Assembly: GCA_041656855.1 (NCBI GenBank)
Contig: JBBACS010000003.1
Span: 4,902 to 68,901 of the forward strand
Length of the DNA: 64,000 bases
Origin: Minisyncoccota bacterium
GTDB lineage: Bacteria > Patescibacteriota > Minisyncoccia > Phycocordibacterales > GWA1-40-21
Reading direction: 5' to 3'
In this document: piece after piece, positions 16,660 through 26,674 of the stretch
Numbering within the stretch: position 1 is the first letter of the stretch
Layout of the letters: each line of letters begins with the position of its first letter
Made by a program: the position numbers and the translations under genes
Notes under the pieces: model-generated
Seen by the model: the letters and a program-made list of their open reading frames with translations, nothing else
Databases searched by the model: none
What the model was told of the DNA's origin: nothing

Positions 16660-17277
16660 TTACTTGGCACTTCTAGATTTTAACGCCTCAAGAACTACAG
16701 GTAATATAGATAAAATGATGATACCAAAAATTATAATCGTGAGATATTTATCTGCCTCTGGAATAATTTGTCCTAAAAAATATCCAGCAGAAACTATACC
16801 AAAAGACCAAACAAAACCACCTATAATATTGTAAGTAATAAAATTTTTGTATTTCATTTGGCCTACTCCGGCAACTATAGGAGCAAAGGTTCTAACGATA
16901 GGAACAAACCTAGCTAAAAATATAGTTTTATTGCCATATTTATTATAAAAATTTTGAGCTTCCACTATATGCTTTTTATGAAAGAAAAATGAATCTTCTT
17001 TATTAAAAATTTTTGGACCAATCTTTCTACCAAACCAATATCCTACGCTGTCTCCGAGAACAGCACAAAAAAATGCTCCCCAAATTAGAATGTTTATATC
17101 TAGAAAATTTTGTGAAGCCAAAAAACCGGCTGTGAAAAGAAGGGAATCACCTGGCAAAAAGAAACCAAAAAATAATCCAGACTCAGCAAAAATAATAAAA
17201 AGTACACCGATAAGACCGAGTGCTTTTATGATTACCATTGGATCCAAATAATATAAAAAATTATTTATTATTTCCAT
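16660..17277 (-). CDS. DedA family membrane protein
   Basis: ESGLFFGFFLPGDSLLFTAGFLA and RFVPIVRTFAPIVAGV. Confidence 0.85.
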   Translation of the reverse strand: MEIINNFLYYLDPMVIIKALGLIGVLFIIFAESGLFFGFFLPGDSLLFTAGFLASQNFLDINILIWGAFFCAVLGDSVGYWFGRKIGPKIFNKEDSFFFHKKHIVEAQNFYNKYGNKTIFLARFVPIVRTFAPIVAGVGQMKYKNFITYNIIGGFVWSFGIVSAGYFLGQIIPEADKYLTIIIFGIIILSILPVVLEALKSRSAK

Positions 17278-17289
17278 ATTTAATATTTA

Positions 17290-18063
17290 TTAACCTAAAA
17301 TTGTTCCTTCTTTTATAAATTCAGGCACTTCCATAAGCGCTAATTTGTCTTCTGATTTGACAGCAAGTATCATACCGTTACTTAGAAGACCCATGAGAGG
17401 TCTTGGCTCTAAATTTGTGACAAAAGCAACTTTTTTACCAACTAAAATTTTATTTTCCGGAAAAAATTTAGCTATTCCGGAGACAATCTGCCTTGGCTCG
17501 CTCTCAGCAAAATCTACAGAAAGTTTATAAAGTTTATCAGAACCAATAACTGCATCCGCAGAAAGTATTTTACCAACTTTCATTTCAATTTTTTTAAAAT
17601 CATCATAATTAATCTTTGAACTCTCCCTTGAAGCACTCTCACCACGAGATGGTATTACATTTTTCGTGGCTTTTTCTTGCCTATTTTTTTCTTTATCCAT
17701 AAAAGTTTGTAATATTATAGCTGCGGCAGAAGCATCAATCATATCTGTCTTGCCAAAAGTTTTCTCTACTTGCATTGATGACATAAACTCTGGTTCAAGT
17801 GAAATAGGGAGTTTTATAGCTGTAGATAAATCTCTTTTAAAAGAAACTATCTTGGGACTAATCTTATTGTCTTCACCCTTATAATCTTTTGATTCACCGA
17901 TGACAATAGCATTTACTTCAAATTCTTTAATCAAATCTGATATCTTGTTTATTAATTCAGCATTATTTTCCAATACTATTTTAGGAAAAGCCACTTTTCC
18001 TTCTACGTCAGAAATGGCGATTCCTACTCTTTTTTCTCCATAATCTATACCTAAATATTTCAT
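17290..18063 (-). CDS. ruvX: RuvX/YqgF putative pre-16S rRNA nuclease fused to a C-terminal tRNA-binding (Trbp111/CsaA-like) domain
   Basis: The N-terminus MKYLGIDYGEKRVGIAISD...VIGESKDYKGE...DASAAAIILQ is the YqgF fold. The C-terminus FKKIEMKVGKILSADAVIGSDKLYKLSVDF..QIVSGIAKFF..LVGKKVAFVTNLEPRPLMG..SNGMILA is the OB-fold tRNA_bind signature. ATG at 18063. Confidence 0.8.
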   Translation of the reverse strand: MKYLGIDYGEKRVGIAISDVEGKVAFPKIVLENNAELINKISDLIKEFEVNAIVIGESKDYKGEDNKISPKIVSFKRDLSTAIKLPISLEPEFMSSMQVEKTFGKTDMIDASAAAIILQTFMDKEKNRQEKATKNVIPSRGESASRESSKINYDDFKKIEMKVGKILSADAVIGSDKLYKLSVDFAESEPRQIVSGIAKFFPENKILVGKKVAFVTNLEPRPLMGLLSNGMILAVKSEDKLALMEVPEFIKEGTILG

Positions 18064-18147
18064 GTTTATTATCTTACTATGTAAATGCGAAATATAAAAG
18101 CCGTTTTTGCTATACAAAAACGGCTTTTATTATAAGTTTGATATGGT

Positions 18148-21100
18148 TTAAACTACAAAATTCATATTTATAACTCCACTCTTTATATCTATAGCTTCTG
18201 TTTTGAATACTTCGGTATAAGTGCCATCATCTTTCTTCTTCTCTACTTTGATGGAATATTTTCCTTTAGGTACAAGAGCATAATAGTCTCCAAATTTGTC
18301 AGCGATTTTCTTTGTAAGCGGAGTATCTTCACCTTCTCTAAAGATTTTTACTATAGCAAAAGATAGAGGAATTTTAGTGTTCTTTTCTATAAGGGTACCT
18401 GATTTCTTTGATTTCAATACTACATAATTGAGTATGTAAGCAAGAAAGTAGAAACCAACTATTATATAGTTATAGGGTTCAGGTGTCACTATTACAGCAA
18501 TTACTGATATAAGTGCACCAATAATAAAAACAAATTTTGATATCTTTGCCCAAGTAATATCTTTTTGTTTAGTGAATTTATTTACATCCATCTTTGTTTT
18601 AGCAAATTCATTCCAATCGAATGATAGAGAGTCCATAGGGATATTCTTTGTAATCATTTCTCCTTCAGAAACTATAAGTTCTTCACCGAAATATAAATCA
18701 TTGTAAACTTCATCAAATGATTTACCTGCCATTTTCTTTGATGGTTGTATGTAGTTTGTTTTTGTAGCAACTATTTTGTATTTACCTGGTAGTACAAGGA
18801 ATCCATATCTTCCATCTATGTCTGTAATAGCTCCGGCTACTTCTTTGTTAGTCTCTGTGCTTACAAGAGATACATATACTGGATCAAGTGGTCTCTTTGT
18901 GACTGAATCATATACTGTACCCCATTGTCTTTGCTTTCTTCTGATACCTAGAGCTCCTGCAAGTAGTCCAAACATTCTTGTAGGAATGAGCCAGACTTCT
19001 GAAAATGATATTGGTGTAGCAAAAGCGACAGTTGATATTGAAGCAGCTACTCCAAAAACTAATGCTGTAGTAGTTACAACTTTTGCAGTAATAGATATTG
19101 TGGAATCATTAAATATATTTTTGATTTTTAGAATAGCTTCTTGTACAAGGAAAGATACTTGTCCATAGCTTTCTTTTATAGTATCTATTGCTCCAAGTAT
19201 AAGCTGTTGATCAAAAATATCATTAATATCAAATGATGGTTTTTCTGCTGTTGGTTTTGTTACTTCAGGTTTGGTATCAGGTTTTGTTTGAGTAACTTCT
19301 GGAATAGTTGTATTTGTATCTGGAGTAATTATTTCTGGGATTATTTGTTCAACTGTAGTTGTAGATATTTCTTCAGTAGTTGTTGCTACTTTTTCGGTTG
19401 TTGTAGCTTTGGTTTCGAAGATGGTGATACAATTATTATCTAATAGATTGTTGACATATTCTCTCGTTAGATTTCCAAAGTTTCCTGTACCTGTAGTAAG
19501 TCCTATTGGTGCTAAAATTTTATCAAAATTTGCTTCTTGTAATCTTTTTACAGCATTTGTTGTCTTAGTACCATAGAAATATGTTTCGTTTTCATATGAA
19601 CCTGGACCTGATGTGCTTACAGTAAAGTTGTTTTCATTAAGAAAGGTTTGAAGTTTCAAAACATCTAATGGATTGTTGTCCGCTGGTGCTGGAAATAGAT
19701 TTGAAGTAAAACAGAATCCTTCTTTTATACGAGATCCGGGTAATTTAGTATCGATATCTTTATCTTCTTCAACTATTATGATAGTGTCAGGAGTTGATGA
19801 TTTTGTAACTATTATTGTTGTCGTTGTTGAAATATTACCAAATATTAAACCAGTGATAGTTGTTGTACCTTCTCCTTGTGCATGAAATACTCCAGAGTCA
19901 TCTATTCTTCCAACAGATGAATCTGATGTGGACCAATATACTTTTGTATTTATTGAATTACCATATTGATCTAATATTTCTGCAGTAAATTGTTTTGTTG
20001 TGTCTAGATTAATAGAAGAATTTTCTGGAATAATTCTAAATGTTGTAAGGACTGAAGGTTCTTGAGTTTCTGTTATAACTCTTCTACTGCTTCTTCTTGA
20101 TGGAAATATCCAGTTTGTATTTCCTCCTCCGTCAACACAACCTACTAGACAATAGAAAGGTTCTGAGCTCAAGTTGTGGGAGCCAGAGATATTGAGGTAT
20201 GAGAACGAGGGAGTTTCAGAGCCAGTATATAATATATTTGTGTATGGTAAATTTGATGCTAAAGAAATCTTTTGAATTTTATTCTGACTTCCTCCATCTG
20301 CGACAAAAATATTTCCTGATGAATCAATATCTAGACCATAGGGACTACTGAATTCTCCATTGCCAGTTCCAGCATAACCAAAGGCATAGATTAAATTGAA
20401 ATAAGAATTATAAATTCGGAAACGATAACTACTAGGCTCGGCAACAATAATATTGTTATTACTATCTATACGTACAGTGGTAGGATATATGAGGCCATCT
20501 TTTTCACTACTTGGAGGTCCACCAATTTGAGAAACATAATTACCTGATGAATCGAATTTTTGGATTCTGTGATTTGCTGAGTCAGCAACATAAATGTTTC
20601 CAAAAGAATCTAGTGCAATGCCATTTGGTTGATTAAATTGTCCATTTCCATCACCCGCAGTTCCAAACTGAGAAAGATAGTTTCCGGAAGAATCAAATTT
20701 TTGAACACGATAATTATTTTGATCAACCACATAAATATTTCCTGTAGGATCAATTGCTACACCTCTTGGATAATTCAATTGTCCATCTCCACTTCCCGCA
20801 GTTCCTATAGTCTGGAGTAAATTACCAGATAAATCTGTTTTTAATATTCTATTACAGTGGTCAGATATAAAAAGATGACCTTGAAAATCTCCGGTTATAT
20901 TAAAAGGTCCACAAAAACCACCCATTCCACCAAAAGTGATGTTTTGATCAAAATAAGAAAGAACATTAAAATCATTATCAAATTTTATTACTCTACCACC
21001 AGATTCGACTTCATAAAAATTATCTTCTTCATCAACAAATATATTGTATGGTGATATAAAACCTCCCAAAGTACCATTTATATAAGATCCAATTGATGAA

Positions 21101-23550
21101 TAAAACGAATACCTTGATGGAATAAATTTATACATTTTATTGTTTGAAGAACCTGTCACAAATACATCACCTGAAGAATTTACAGAAACATGTGTTGGAC
21201 TTGTGAGCTGATTTGTACCATCAACGTCTCCACTGATTGTAGCAAAAACAGCTCCTTCTGAATTAAAAATTTGAATTCTATGATTATTGGTATCAGCTAC
21301 ATAAAGATAACCGGAGGAATCTAAATAAATACCTGTCGGACTATCAAATTGTCCCAATCCACTACCATAAGAACCAATTGAAGGCAAAAAATTTCCCGAG
21401 GAATCGAATTTTTGAATGCGATTATTCCCAGTATCAGATACATATATATTTCCCAAAGAATCTATTTTTATATCATTAGGCCCACTAAACTGTCCTTCTC
21501 CAGAACCACTTGAACCAAATTGAGAAACATAATTACCGGATGAATCAAATCTTTGAATTCTATTATTTCCTTGATCCACTACATACAAATTTCCCCCACT
21601 ATCAAAATCCATCCCCCTTGGATTATTAAACTCACCATTACCATTTCCAGGGGCTGGAGATGTTGATCCTATAGTCTGAAGTAGTGTACCATTCTGATCA
21701 AATTTTAATACACGACTACACTGGTCTGAGAAATAGATATTTCCAGATGTATCTCTTACTATATCAGACGGACCACAATGATTATTATAAGAAAATTCAG
21801 ATAAAAGATTCATATATTTATCCATAGTCTTAACACGTCCACCTTGTTCAATTGAATATATATTTTCAGATGAATCAATATCCATGCCAGCTATAGTCCA
21901 GAAAAAATCATTTACAGATCCGTCAATAAAATATAAATATGAATAATCAATTGAAGATCCAGAAGCTAAACCAATGGATAACAAATTATCAATACTTCCA
22001 TTTAAGGCTAATGTACCTGTTATTGTGGTTGTGTCTCCGGCAGGAGATAGTAATGACGATGTAGAGCTTGATTGTTTTGTAAGATTTTCAAATGTATTAT
22101 CACCAGAAATAGTTTGCGAAACGCCCACAAAATTTACTGTTCCACCGTTAGCAATAAATGTCCCTCCAATCTTTGACCAATTTCCATAGACATTGAGAGT
22201 GTAACCATTCAGGTCGAGAGTACCACCAAACAAAATTGTTAAATTATTGATACTCTCATCTTTAGTAAGTGTAACGGTGCCTACAGAAATATTTGCATTA
22301 CTGTTAATATCTGTACTACTTGTAGAAATAAAATTTATTGTTCCACCATTTTCTATAAGAGAACCGGAAATTATTGCAAAATTCCACCAACTAGATACAT
22401 TTAGCGTATATCCGGCCAAATCTAAAGATGCACCATTAAAAATTACCACTCTATCCGCACTTTGATCATGTGTAAGCGTTACAGTACCAGTACCTATATC
22501 GACTTCATCATTAATTCCAGGATAAGTTGAACCTTCTATCGGCACAGCAGGAATCTTGGAAGAATTATTTATGGCTGTTTTTGGCGTACCATCTGGATTA
22601 AAAACAACAACTCTATTATGAAACATGTCACTAGCATAAATATCCCCGGAAGTAGCAACATTTACATCAGCCATATAATCTATACTATCTATAAAATTAT
22701 ACTGTTCAATCAAAGTAAAATCTAAATTATACAATCCAACAGCACTATTACCGGGGCTCTGAACAAGACCGACGTATAATTGACCATTTGATGGAATTTT
22801 CAATCCCCAAAAACCATAACTAGATGGCGGTAAAAATTCTGACGATGAGGCTGTTCCATCTGGATTTAATATCCTCGCATAGTTATGAGGAGAAACTAAA
22901 TAAATTTCACCCGTTGTTGGAGAGATTGTTATACCAAACGGTTCTGATGCAGCTATAGTTGTAGAAGCATTACCTTCTAAATCCATAACCACAATTCTAT
23001 TGTTATTAGTATCTGTTATATAAATATATCCATTATGTATGGCAATATCTGATGGGTGATCTAATGCGAGTCCATCATAAAGAGTTGAGCTAGCAAAAGT
23101 ACTATAGAGAGTTCCGTCAGGATTGGCGATTGTAATATAACCACCAGATTGATTTACAATGTAAACTCTGTCAGATGTGGGATCAACTTCTGCTCCCATA
23201 GGCCCATTTAAACCTAGATTTGTTATCTGTGCGATTGGTACATTATTTGAATCAGCTATTATCAGGTAACTATTACCGCAAGAAGTAATGTACAAATTTC
23301 CAGTATTAGGAGAAATTGCTATATCTCTTGGTTGGTTAAGAATTATATTCGTACCAGTATTACCCCATGTTGTCGGACTATTCCAATCGCCTGAAGTATT
23401 TGTGGAAAAAGCCGTTGCAAAACTATTTATATTAAATATCTTTTTCCAATTTTCTTTAGGAACAGCAAAAGTAGCAGTAAGAACAATAACAAAAAGAACA
23501 AGGGTGGTGATAAATAAAGGGGATTTGATTGTGATATTAGACGAATTCAT
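18148..23550 (-). CDS. giant (~1800 aa) cell-surface protein: NHL-repeat beta-propellers, Ig-like (Big_2), PG-binding-like, TM segments and CarboxypepD_reg-like domains
   Basis: More than 15 NHL repeats (NNRIQKFDSSGNY.., GQFNQPNGIALDS..). Big_2-like FTAEILDQYGNSINTKVYWSTSDSSVGRIDDSGVFHAQGEGTTTITG. PG_binding-like LKLQTFLNEN...AVKRLQEANF. DIDGRYGFLVLPGKYKIVATK. N-terminal anchor. The track start is a GTG; ATG at 23550. Confidence 0.85.
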   Translation of the reverse strand: MNSSNITIKSPLFITTLVLFVIVLTATFAVPKENWKKIFNINSFATAFSTNTSGDWNSPTTWGNTGTNIILNQPRDIAISPNTGNLYITSCGNSYLIIADSNNVPIAQITNLGLNGPMGAEVDPTSDRVYIVNQSGGYITIANPDGTLYSTFASSTLYDGLALDHPSDIAIHNGYIYITDTNNNRIVVMDLEGNASTTIAASEPFGITISPTTGEIYLVSPHNYARILNPDGTASSSEFLPPSSYGFWGLKIPSNGQLYVGLVQSPGNSAVGLYNLDFTLIEQYNFIDSIDYMADVNVATSGDIYASDMFHNRVVVFNPDGTPKTAINNSSKIPAVPIEGSTYPGINDEVDIGTGTVTLTHDQSADRVVIFNGASLDLAGYTLNVSSWWNFAIISGSLIENGGTINFISTSSTDINSNANISVGTVTLTKDESINNLTILFGGTLDLNGYTLNVYGNWSKIGGTFIANGGTVNFVGVSQTISGDNTFENLTKQSSSTSSLLSPAGDTTTITGTLALNGSIDNLLSIGLASGSSIDYSYLYFIDGSVNDFFWTIAGMDIDSSENIYSIEQGGRVKTMDKYMNLLSEFSYNNHCGPSDIVRDTSGNIYFSDQCSRVLKFDQNGTLLQTIGSTSPAPGNGNGEFNNPRGMDFDSGGNLYVVDQGNNRIQRFDSSGNYVSQFGSSGSGEGQFSGPNDIKIDSLGNIYVSDTGNNRIQKFDSSGNFLPSIGSYGSGLGQFDSPTGIYLDSSGYLYVADTNNHRIQIFNSEGAVFATISGDVDGTNQLTSPTHVSVNSSGDVFVTGSSNNKMYKFIPSRYSFYSSIGSYINGTLGGFISPYNIFVDEEDNFYEVESGGRVIKFDNDFNVLSYFDQNITFGGMGGFCGPFNITGDFQGHLFISDHCNRILKTDLSGNLLQTIGTAGSGDGQLNYPRGVAIDPTGNIYVVDQNNYRVQKFDSSGNYLSQFGTAGDGNGQFNQPNGIALDSFGNIYVADSANHRIQKFDSSGNYVSQIGGPPSSEKDGLIYPTTVRIDSNNNIIVAEPSSYRFRIYNSYFNLIYAFGYAGTGNGEFSSPYGLDIDSSGNIFVADGGSQNKIQKISLASNLPYTNILYTGSETPSFSYLNISGSHNLSSEPFYCLVGCVDGGGNTNWIFPSRRSSRRVITETQEPSVLTTFRIIPENSSINLDTTKQFTAEILDQYGNSINTKVYWSTSDSSVGRIDDSGVFHAQGEGTTTITGLIFGNISTTTTIIVTKSSTPDTIIIVEEDKDIDTKLPGSRIKEGFCFTSNLFPAPADNNPLDVLKLQTFLNENNFTVSTSGPGSYENETYFYGTKTTNAVKRLQEANFDKILAPIGLTTGTGNFGNLTREYVNNLLDNNCITIFETKATTTEKVATTTEEISTTTVEQIIPEIITPDTNTTIPEVTQTKPDTKPEVTKPTAEKPSFDINDIFDQQLILGAIDTIKESYGQVSFLVQEAILKIKNIFNDSTISITAKVVTTTALVFGVAASISTVAFATPISFSEVWLIPTRMFGLLAGALGIRRKQRQWGTVYDSVTKRPLDPVYVSLVSTETNKEVAGAITDIDGRYGFLVLPGKYKIVATKTNYIQPSKKMAGKSFDEVYNDLYFGEELIVSEGEMITKNIPMDSLSFDWNEFAKTKMDVNKFTKQKDITWAKISKFVFIIGALISVIAVIVTPEPYNYIIVGFYFLAYILNYVVLKSKKSGTLIEKNTKIPLSFAIVKIFREGEDTPLTKKIADKFGDYYALVPKGKYSIKVEKKKDDGTYTEVFKTEAIDIKSGVINMNFVV

Positions 23551-23611
23551 TGTTAAATAATACACTAAAAAATATATTTGAAAATGATGTCTTTCGTGAT
23601 ATTATATTCTT

Positions 23612-23845
23612 ATGGATAATCAAATACTAAACGACGCTGTAATATCTTACATAACAACAAATCCTTGGCTAATACCATTATTAATTTGGTCAGCGGTTTG
23701 GAAACTTATAGCATTATGGAAAGCGGCAAAACATAATCATCTAACTATTTTTATAGTATTGTCTGTTTTAAATACCATGGGAATAGCAGAAATAATCTAC
23801 ATAGGTTATCTTTATTTCAAAGAAAAAAGAGAAGTTAAAAAATAA
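23612..23845 (+). CDS. small membrane protein (DUF5652-like)
   Basis: LLIWSAVWKLIALWKAAKHNHLTIFIVLSVLNTMGIAEIIYIGYLYF. Confidence 0.65.
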   Translation: MDNQILNDAVISYITTNPWLIPLLIWSAVWKLIALWKAAKHNHLTIFIVLSVLNTMGIAEIIYIGYLYFKEKREVKK

Positions 23846-23904
23846 ACAAAAAATCGTTTCTAAAAAGAAGCGATTTTTTTATTAAATAAATTTTAAACTA
23901 AATA

Positions 23905-24138
23905 TTATTTTTTCATCAATGCCATAAAAACACCTGCGGAAATAACTAATGAAACAAGATTAAGCCAAGTTATTGATGATACTCCTAACATAAATCCATC
24001 TATTACGAGCAAAAGAACACCAACAGAATAAATTCCTGCAAATTTACTGTTGATTGTTTTATCTTTTTTGCTGATTATTAAATAAAATTCATAAAGCCAT
24101 GCGATACTAATAATAGTTAAACCAATTGTAGTTAACAT
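23905..24138 (-). CDS. small membrane protein
   Basis: 77 aa with three hydrophobic helices. Confidence 0.5.
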   Translation of the reverse strand: MLTTIGLTIISIAWLYEFYLIISKKDKTINSKFAGIYSVGVLLLVIDGFMLGVSSITWLNLVSLVISAGVFMALMKK

Positions 24139-24150
24139 ATTTTTTTTAAA

Positions 24151-24393
24151 TTAATTACGTTTATAAATACCGCAAACAGATACTAAAGCGGCTAGTGTCG
24201 CTAAAAGAAATAATATCGGCATAATACTGTCTATCATTCCAAAATAAAATATTTTTGAAAGATCATAAAAAACATAAACAAAAAAAGTAAACGCCAAACC
24301 AAACATATACCCTCGTCCTTTAAATGCAATAATTGTTGCTATAACACCGATTATGAATTCAAGACCAATAGAAATAAATTGAAGATTTTCCAT
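24151..24393 (-). CDS. small membrane protein
   Basis: 80 aa with three hydrophobic helices, in tandem with 23905..24138. Confidence 0.5.
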   Translation of the reverse strand: MENLQFISIGLEFIIGVIATIIAFKGRGYMFGLAFTFFVYVFYDLSKIFYFGMIDSIMPILFLLATLAALVSVCGIYKRN

Positions 24394-24465
24394 TTGTTAT
24401 TAAATTAACTAATAAATATATTATAAATAATATCACAAAAAATTAAAAAACTTACTTCTTTTATA

Positions 24466-24655
24466 AAAGGGGCGAGATTCGGCTATTACTTAGCCAGGTA
24501 CTTTTCCGCTTCATATTATTAAGAGAGGGCGAGAATTTCGAAACTTACAGTTTCAGTACACCTTTTCTATTTTATATTCGTGATTACACTCTATAAAATT
24601 ATCAAAGGTCTTCGAATCTCGCACGAAAGCTCTCCCAGAGCTTTCTCCTCTGCGC
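24466..24655 (-). ncRNA. tRNA-cognate minihelix-mimic element, Ser-type (type I, with a second partial 3' module)
   Basis: On the minus strand: gcagagg, hairpin gaaagctc-tggg-gagctttc, gcgagattcgaa (antisense of the T-arm), accttt-GA..GA-aaaggt, gtactg-gaaacTGTAAgtttc-gaaa, then ttctcgccctctc. A second gtacctggctaagtaa..gaatctcgcccc module follows. ORFs 24580..25263 and 24591..24773 are spurious. Confidence 0.65.
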
Positions 24656-24692
24656 ATAAAAAATCACGCTGTTTCCAGCGGACTTTTTTATG

Positions 24693-24779
24693 CGGAGAGG
24701 GCGAGATTCGAACTCGCGAGACCCTTGCGAGCCTTTCAGTTTTCAAGACTGACGCTTTCAACCACTCAGCCACCTCTCC
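24693..24779 (-). tRNA. tRNA-Ser (UGA)
   Basis: ggagagg acceptor, anticodon arm tcagt-ctTGAaa-actga, long variable arm, T-arm gcgag-ttcgaat-ctcgc. Confidence 0.9.
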
Positions 24780-24842
24780 ATTTGTGGTCGAACAAACACT
24801 AATTTACCCTAAATTTTACGTCTTCGCAAGTAAAATGGTTAT

Positions 24843-26609
24843 TTATTCTATATCAACAATTCTCAACCTTATCTCTTCCCTACCGAGAAAGAAACTCTTT
24901 TCTATATTCGCAAATAAATTTATTCTTTCTCCTTTCTCAATTTTTACAGAAAAATCTCCTGGTTTTTTGAAAAATGCGATAGCGGAAACAATTCTCCTTT
25001 TCTCCGACGCTTTGGTCGGAGCCCCGACTGAAACGTCGGGGTTATTTACAAAATCAATTTTTAGGTGGTCATTTTTCTTCCCAAAAATTTTAATTTCATG
25101 TATTTCAATATTTTTCAGCAAGAAAATTGGTTTTGGATTCCCCATCCCAAAAGGCGCAAGTAAACTTATTTCTTTTTCTAAATTTTTATTTACATCATCA
25201 ATGGTAATGACTGCATCAGCGATTAATTCTTCTTTATCAGAACCGCTAATACTAACTTTTTGATATGAAGCTTCAAGCCCATCGGCGAGTAAATCTACAT
25301 TTTCTAGGGAAACTGAAAAACCTCCTGATGCAGCATGACCTCCATATTCGTCAAATAGATGTGCGGACTCTCTCATCATCACTACTATATCTACACAACC
25401 ATCTGAACGACAAGAACCTTTCAATGTTTTTCCCTCCTCTCTACCCCAAAGAAAAACTGGACCGTTATGTTCATCCATAAGTGAATTTGCGACGAGTCCA
25501 AGAAGTGAAGGCTTCCAATCCGGGTTTCCGGCAACTAAAACCTTCCTTTTTTTTTCAGGGTCAAACTCGTTCCAATGTTTACGAATTTCTTTTACCATCA
25601 CTGCAACGATTCCTTTTCTCTCATCATTTATTTTATTTAAATGTGTTGCGTATTTAAATGCTTCGTCATCATTTTTTGTAACAAGCAAATTAAAAGCATC
25701 TTCCGGAATTCCCATTCTTGAAGCGGCGTTAATACGAGGTGAAATCATAAATCCTATGTCATCTTCAGTGATATTTTTTTGGTCTACTTTTATTATTGAA
25801 AGAAGCTTTTGAAGCCCGGGACGTGGTGACTTTCTCAAAACTTTTAAACCAAAATATGCTAGTAACCTATTTTCACCAACGAGCGGAACCATATCTGAAA
25901 TTGTTGCAATCGATACCATATCAAGAAGCCACTTTTCCCAACCATCTTTAATATCCCATTTTTTTCTATACTTTTTAATAAGGGCTTGAACAAGTTTGAA
26001 CACAACTCCAGCTCCACAAAGATTTTTATCAGGATATTCAGACTTTTTTTGTTTGTTATCAAGAATTGCAATCGCTTCTGGTAGTTCTTCCCTTGCTTTT
26101 GCATCAATTCTCGGTTCATGATGGTCCGTGATTATCAAATCTATCTTATGCTTTTTTATTTTATCAGCTTCTTCAACATCAGCGATTCCACAATCCACCG
26201 TGATTATCAAATCAACTTTCTTTTTTGCAAATTCATCTATAGCCTCATCATTCAAACCAAAGCCTTCAAGAACTCTGTGCGGAATATAGTTTTCAAAATT
26301 ATCATGGCCGATTTTTTGTAAAAAATCATGTAGAACGACAGCTCCAGGGATACCATCAGCATCATAATCGCTATAAATAACTATTTTTTCTTTCTTTTCA
26401 ATGGCTTTAAAAATTCTTTCCACAGCTATATCCATTCCATATATTTTGAATGGGTCATTATTGTCTTCAAAAATAGGATTTATAAAACTTTCGGCATCTT
26501 TTTCCGTCTTGATTCCCCTATAATATAAAAGCTTTCGCAAAATTTCTGGGAATTTTCCCAATTCTTTTGCAACTTTTTCTGGTATCTCTTCGCGGACTAA
26601 CATACACAT
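24843..26609 (-). CDS. recJ: single-stranded-DNA-specific exonuclease RecJ
   Basis: IVIYSDYDADGIPGAVV, IITVDCGI, LIITDHH, GAGVVFKL and ISPRINAASRMG are the DHH/DHHA1 motifs. Confidence 0.9.
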   Translation of the reverse strand: MCMLVREEIPEKVAKELGKFPEILRKLLYYRGIKTEKDAESFINPIFEDNNDPFKIYGMDIAVERIFKAIEKKEKIVIYSDYDADGIPGAVVLHDFLQKIGHDNFENYIPHRVLEGFGLNDEAIDEFAKKKVDLIITVDCGIADVEEADKIKKHKIDLIITDHHEPRIDAKAREELPEAIAILDNKQKKSEYPDKNLCGAGVVFKLVQALIKKYRKKWDIKDGWEKWLLDMVSIATISDMVPLVGENRLLAYFGLKVLRKSPRPGLQKLLSIIKVDQKNITEDDIGFMISPRINAASRMGIPEDAFNLLVTKNDDEAFKYATHLNKINDERKGIVAVMVKEIRKHWNEFDPEKKRKVLVAGNPDWKPSLLGLVANSLMDEHNGPVFLWGREEGKTLKGSCRSDGCVDIVVMMRESAHLFDEYGGHAASGGFSVSLENVDLLADGLEASYQKVSISGSDKEELIADAVITIDDVNKNLEKEISLLAPFGMGNPKPIFLLKNIEIHEIKIFGKKNDHLKIDFVNNPDVSVGAPTKASEKRRIVSAIAFFKKPGDFSVKIEKGERINLFANIEKSFFLGREEIRLRIVDIE

Positions 26610-26674
26610 ATTGTATCAAACTAATTTTAATTACATTAATTACTTTTTTGAAATTATGTAGTACAATATAAAAC

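Noticed and set aside
23905-24393. Tandem small three-TM proteins (23905..24138 and 24151..24393) as a toxin-antitoxin or holin pair
   Set aside because: There are no recognisable motifs. Tiny polytopic membrane proteins are abundant throughout this window. Nothing distinguishes this pair beyond adjacency.
24580-25263. ORF-track entries lying over tRNA/mimic loci: 24580..25263, 24591..24773, 28656..28883, 35990..36178, 36000..36251, 36153..36365, 44008..44226, 46486..46698, 46505..46843, 7119..7343, 7616..8044 and 10996..11190
   Set aside because: They run through tRNA genes or the structured elements, or are antisense to recJ. Their translations are low-complexity or junk-like, with no SD or terminator logic. 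The RNA features explain the sequence better.
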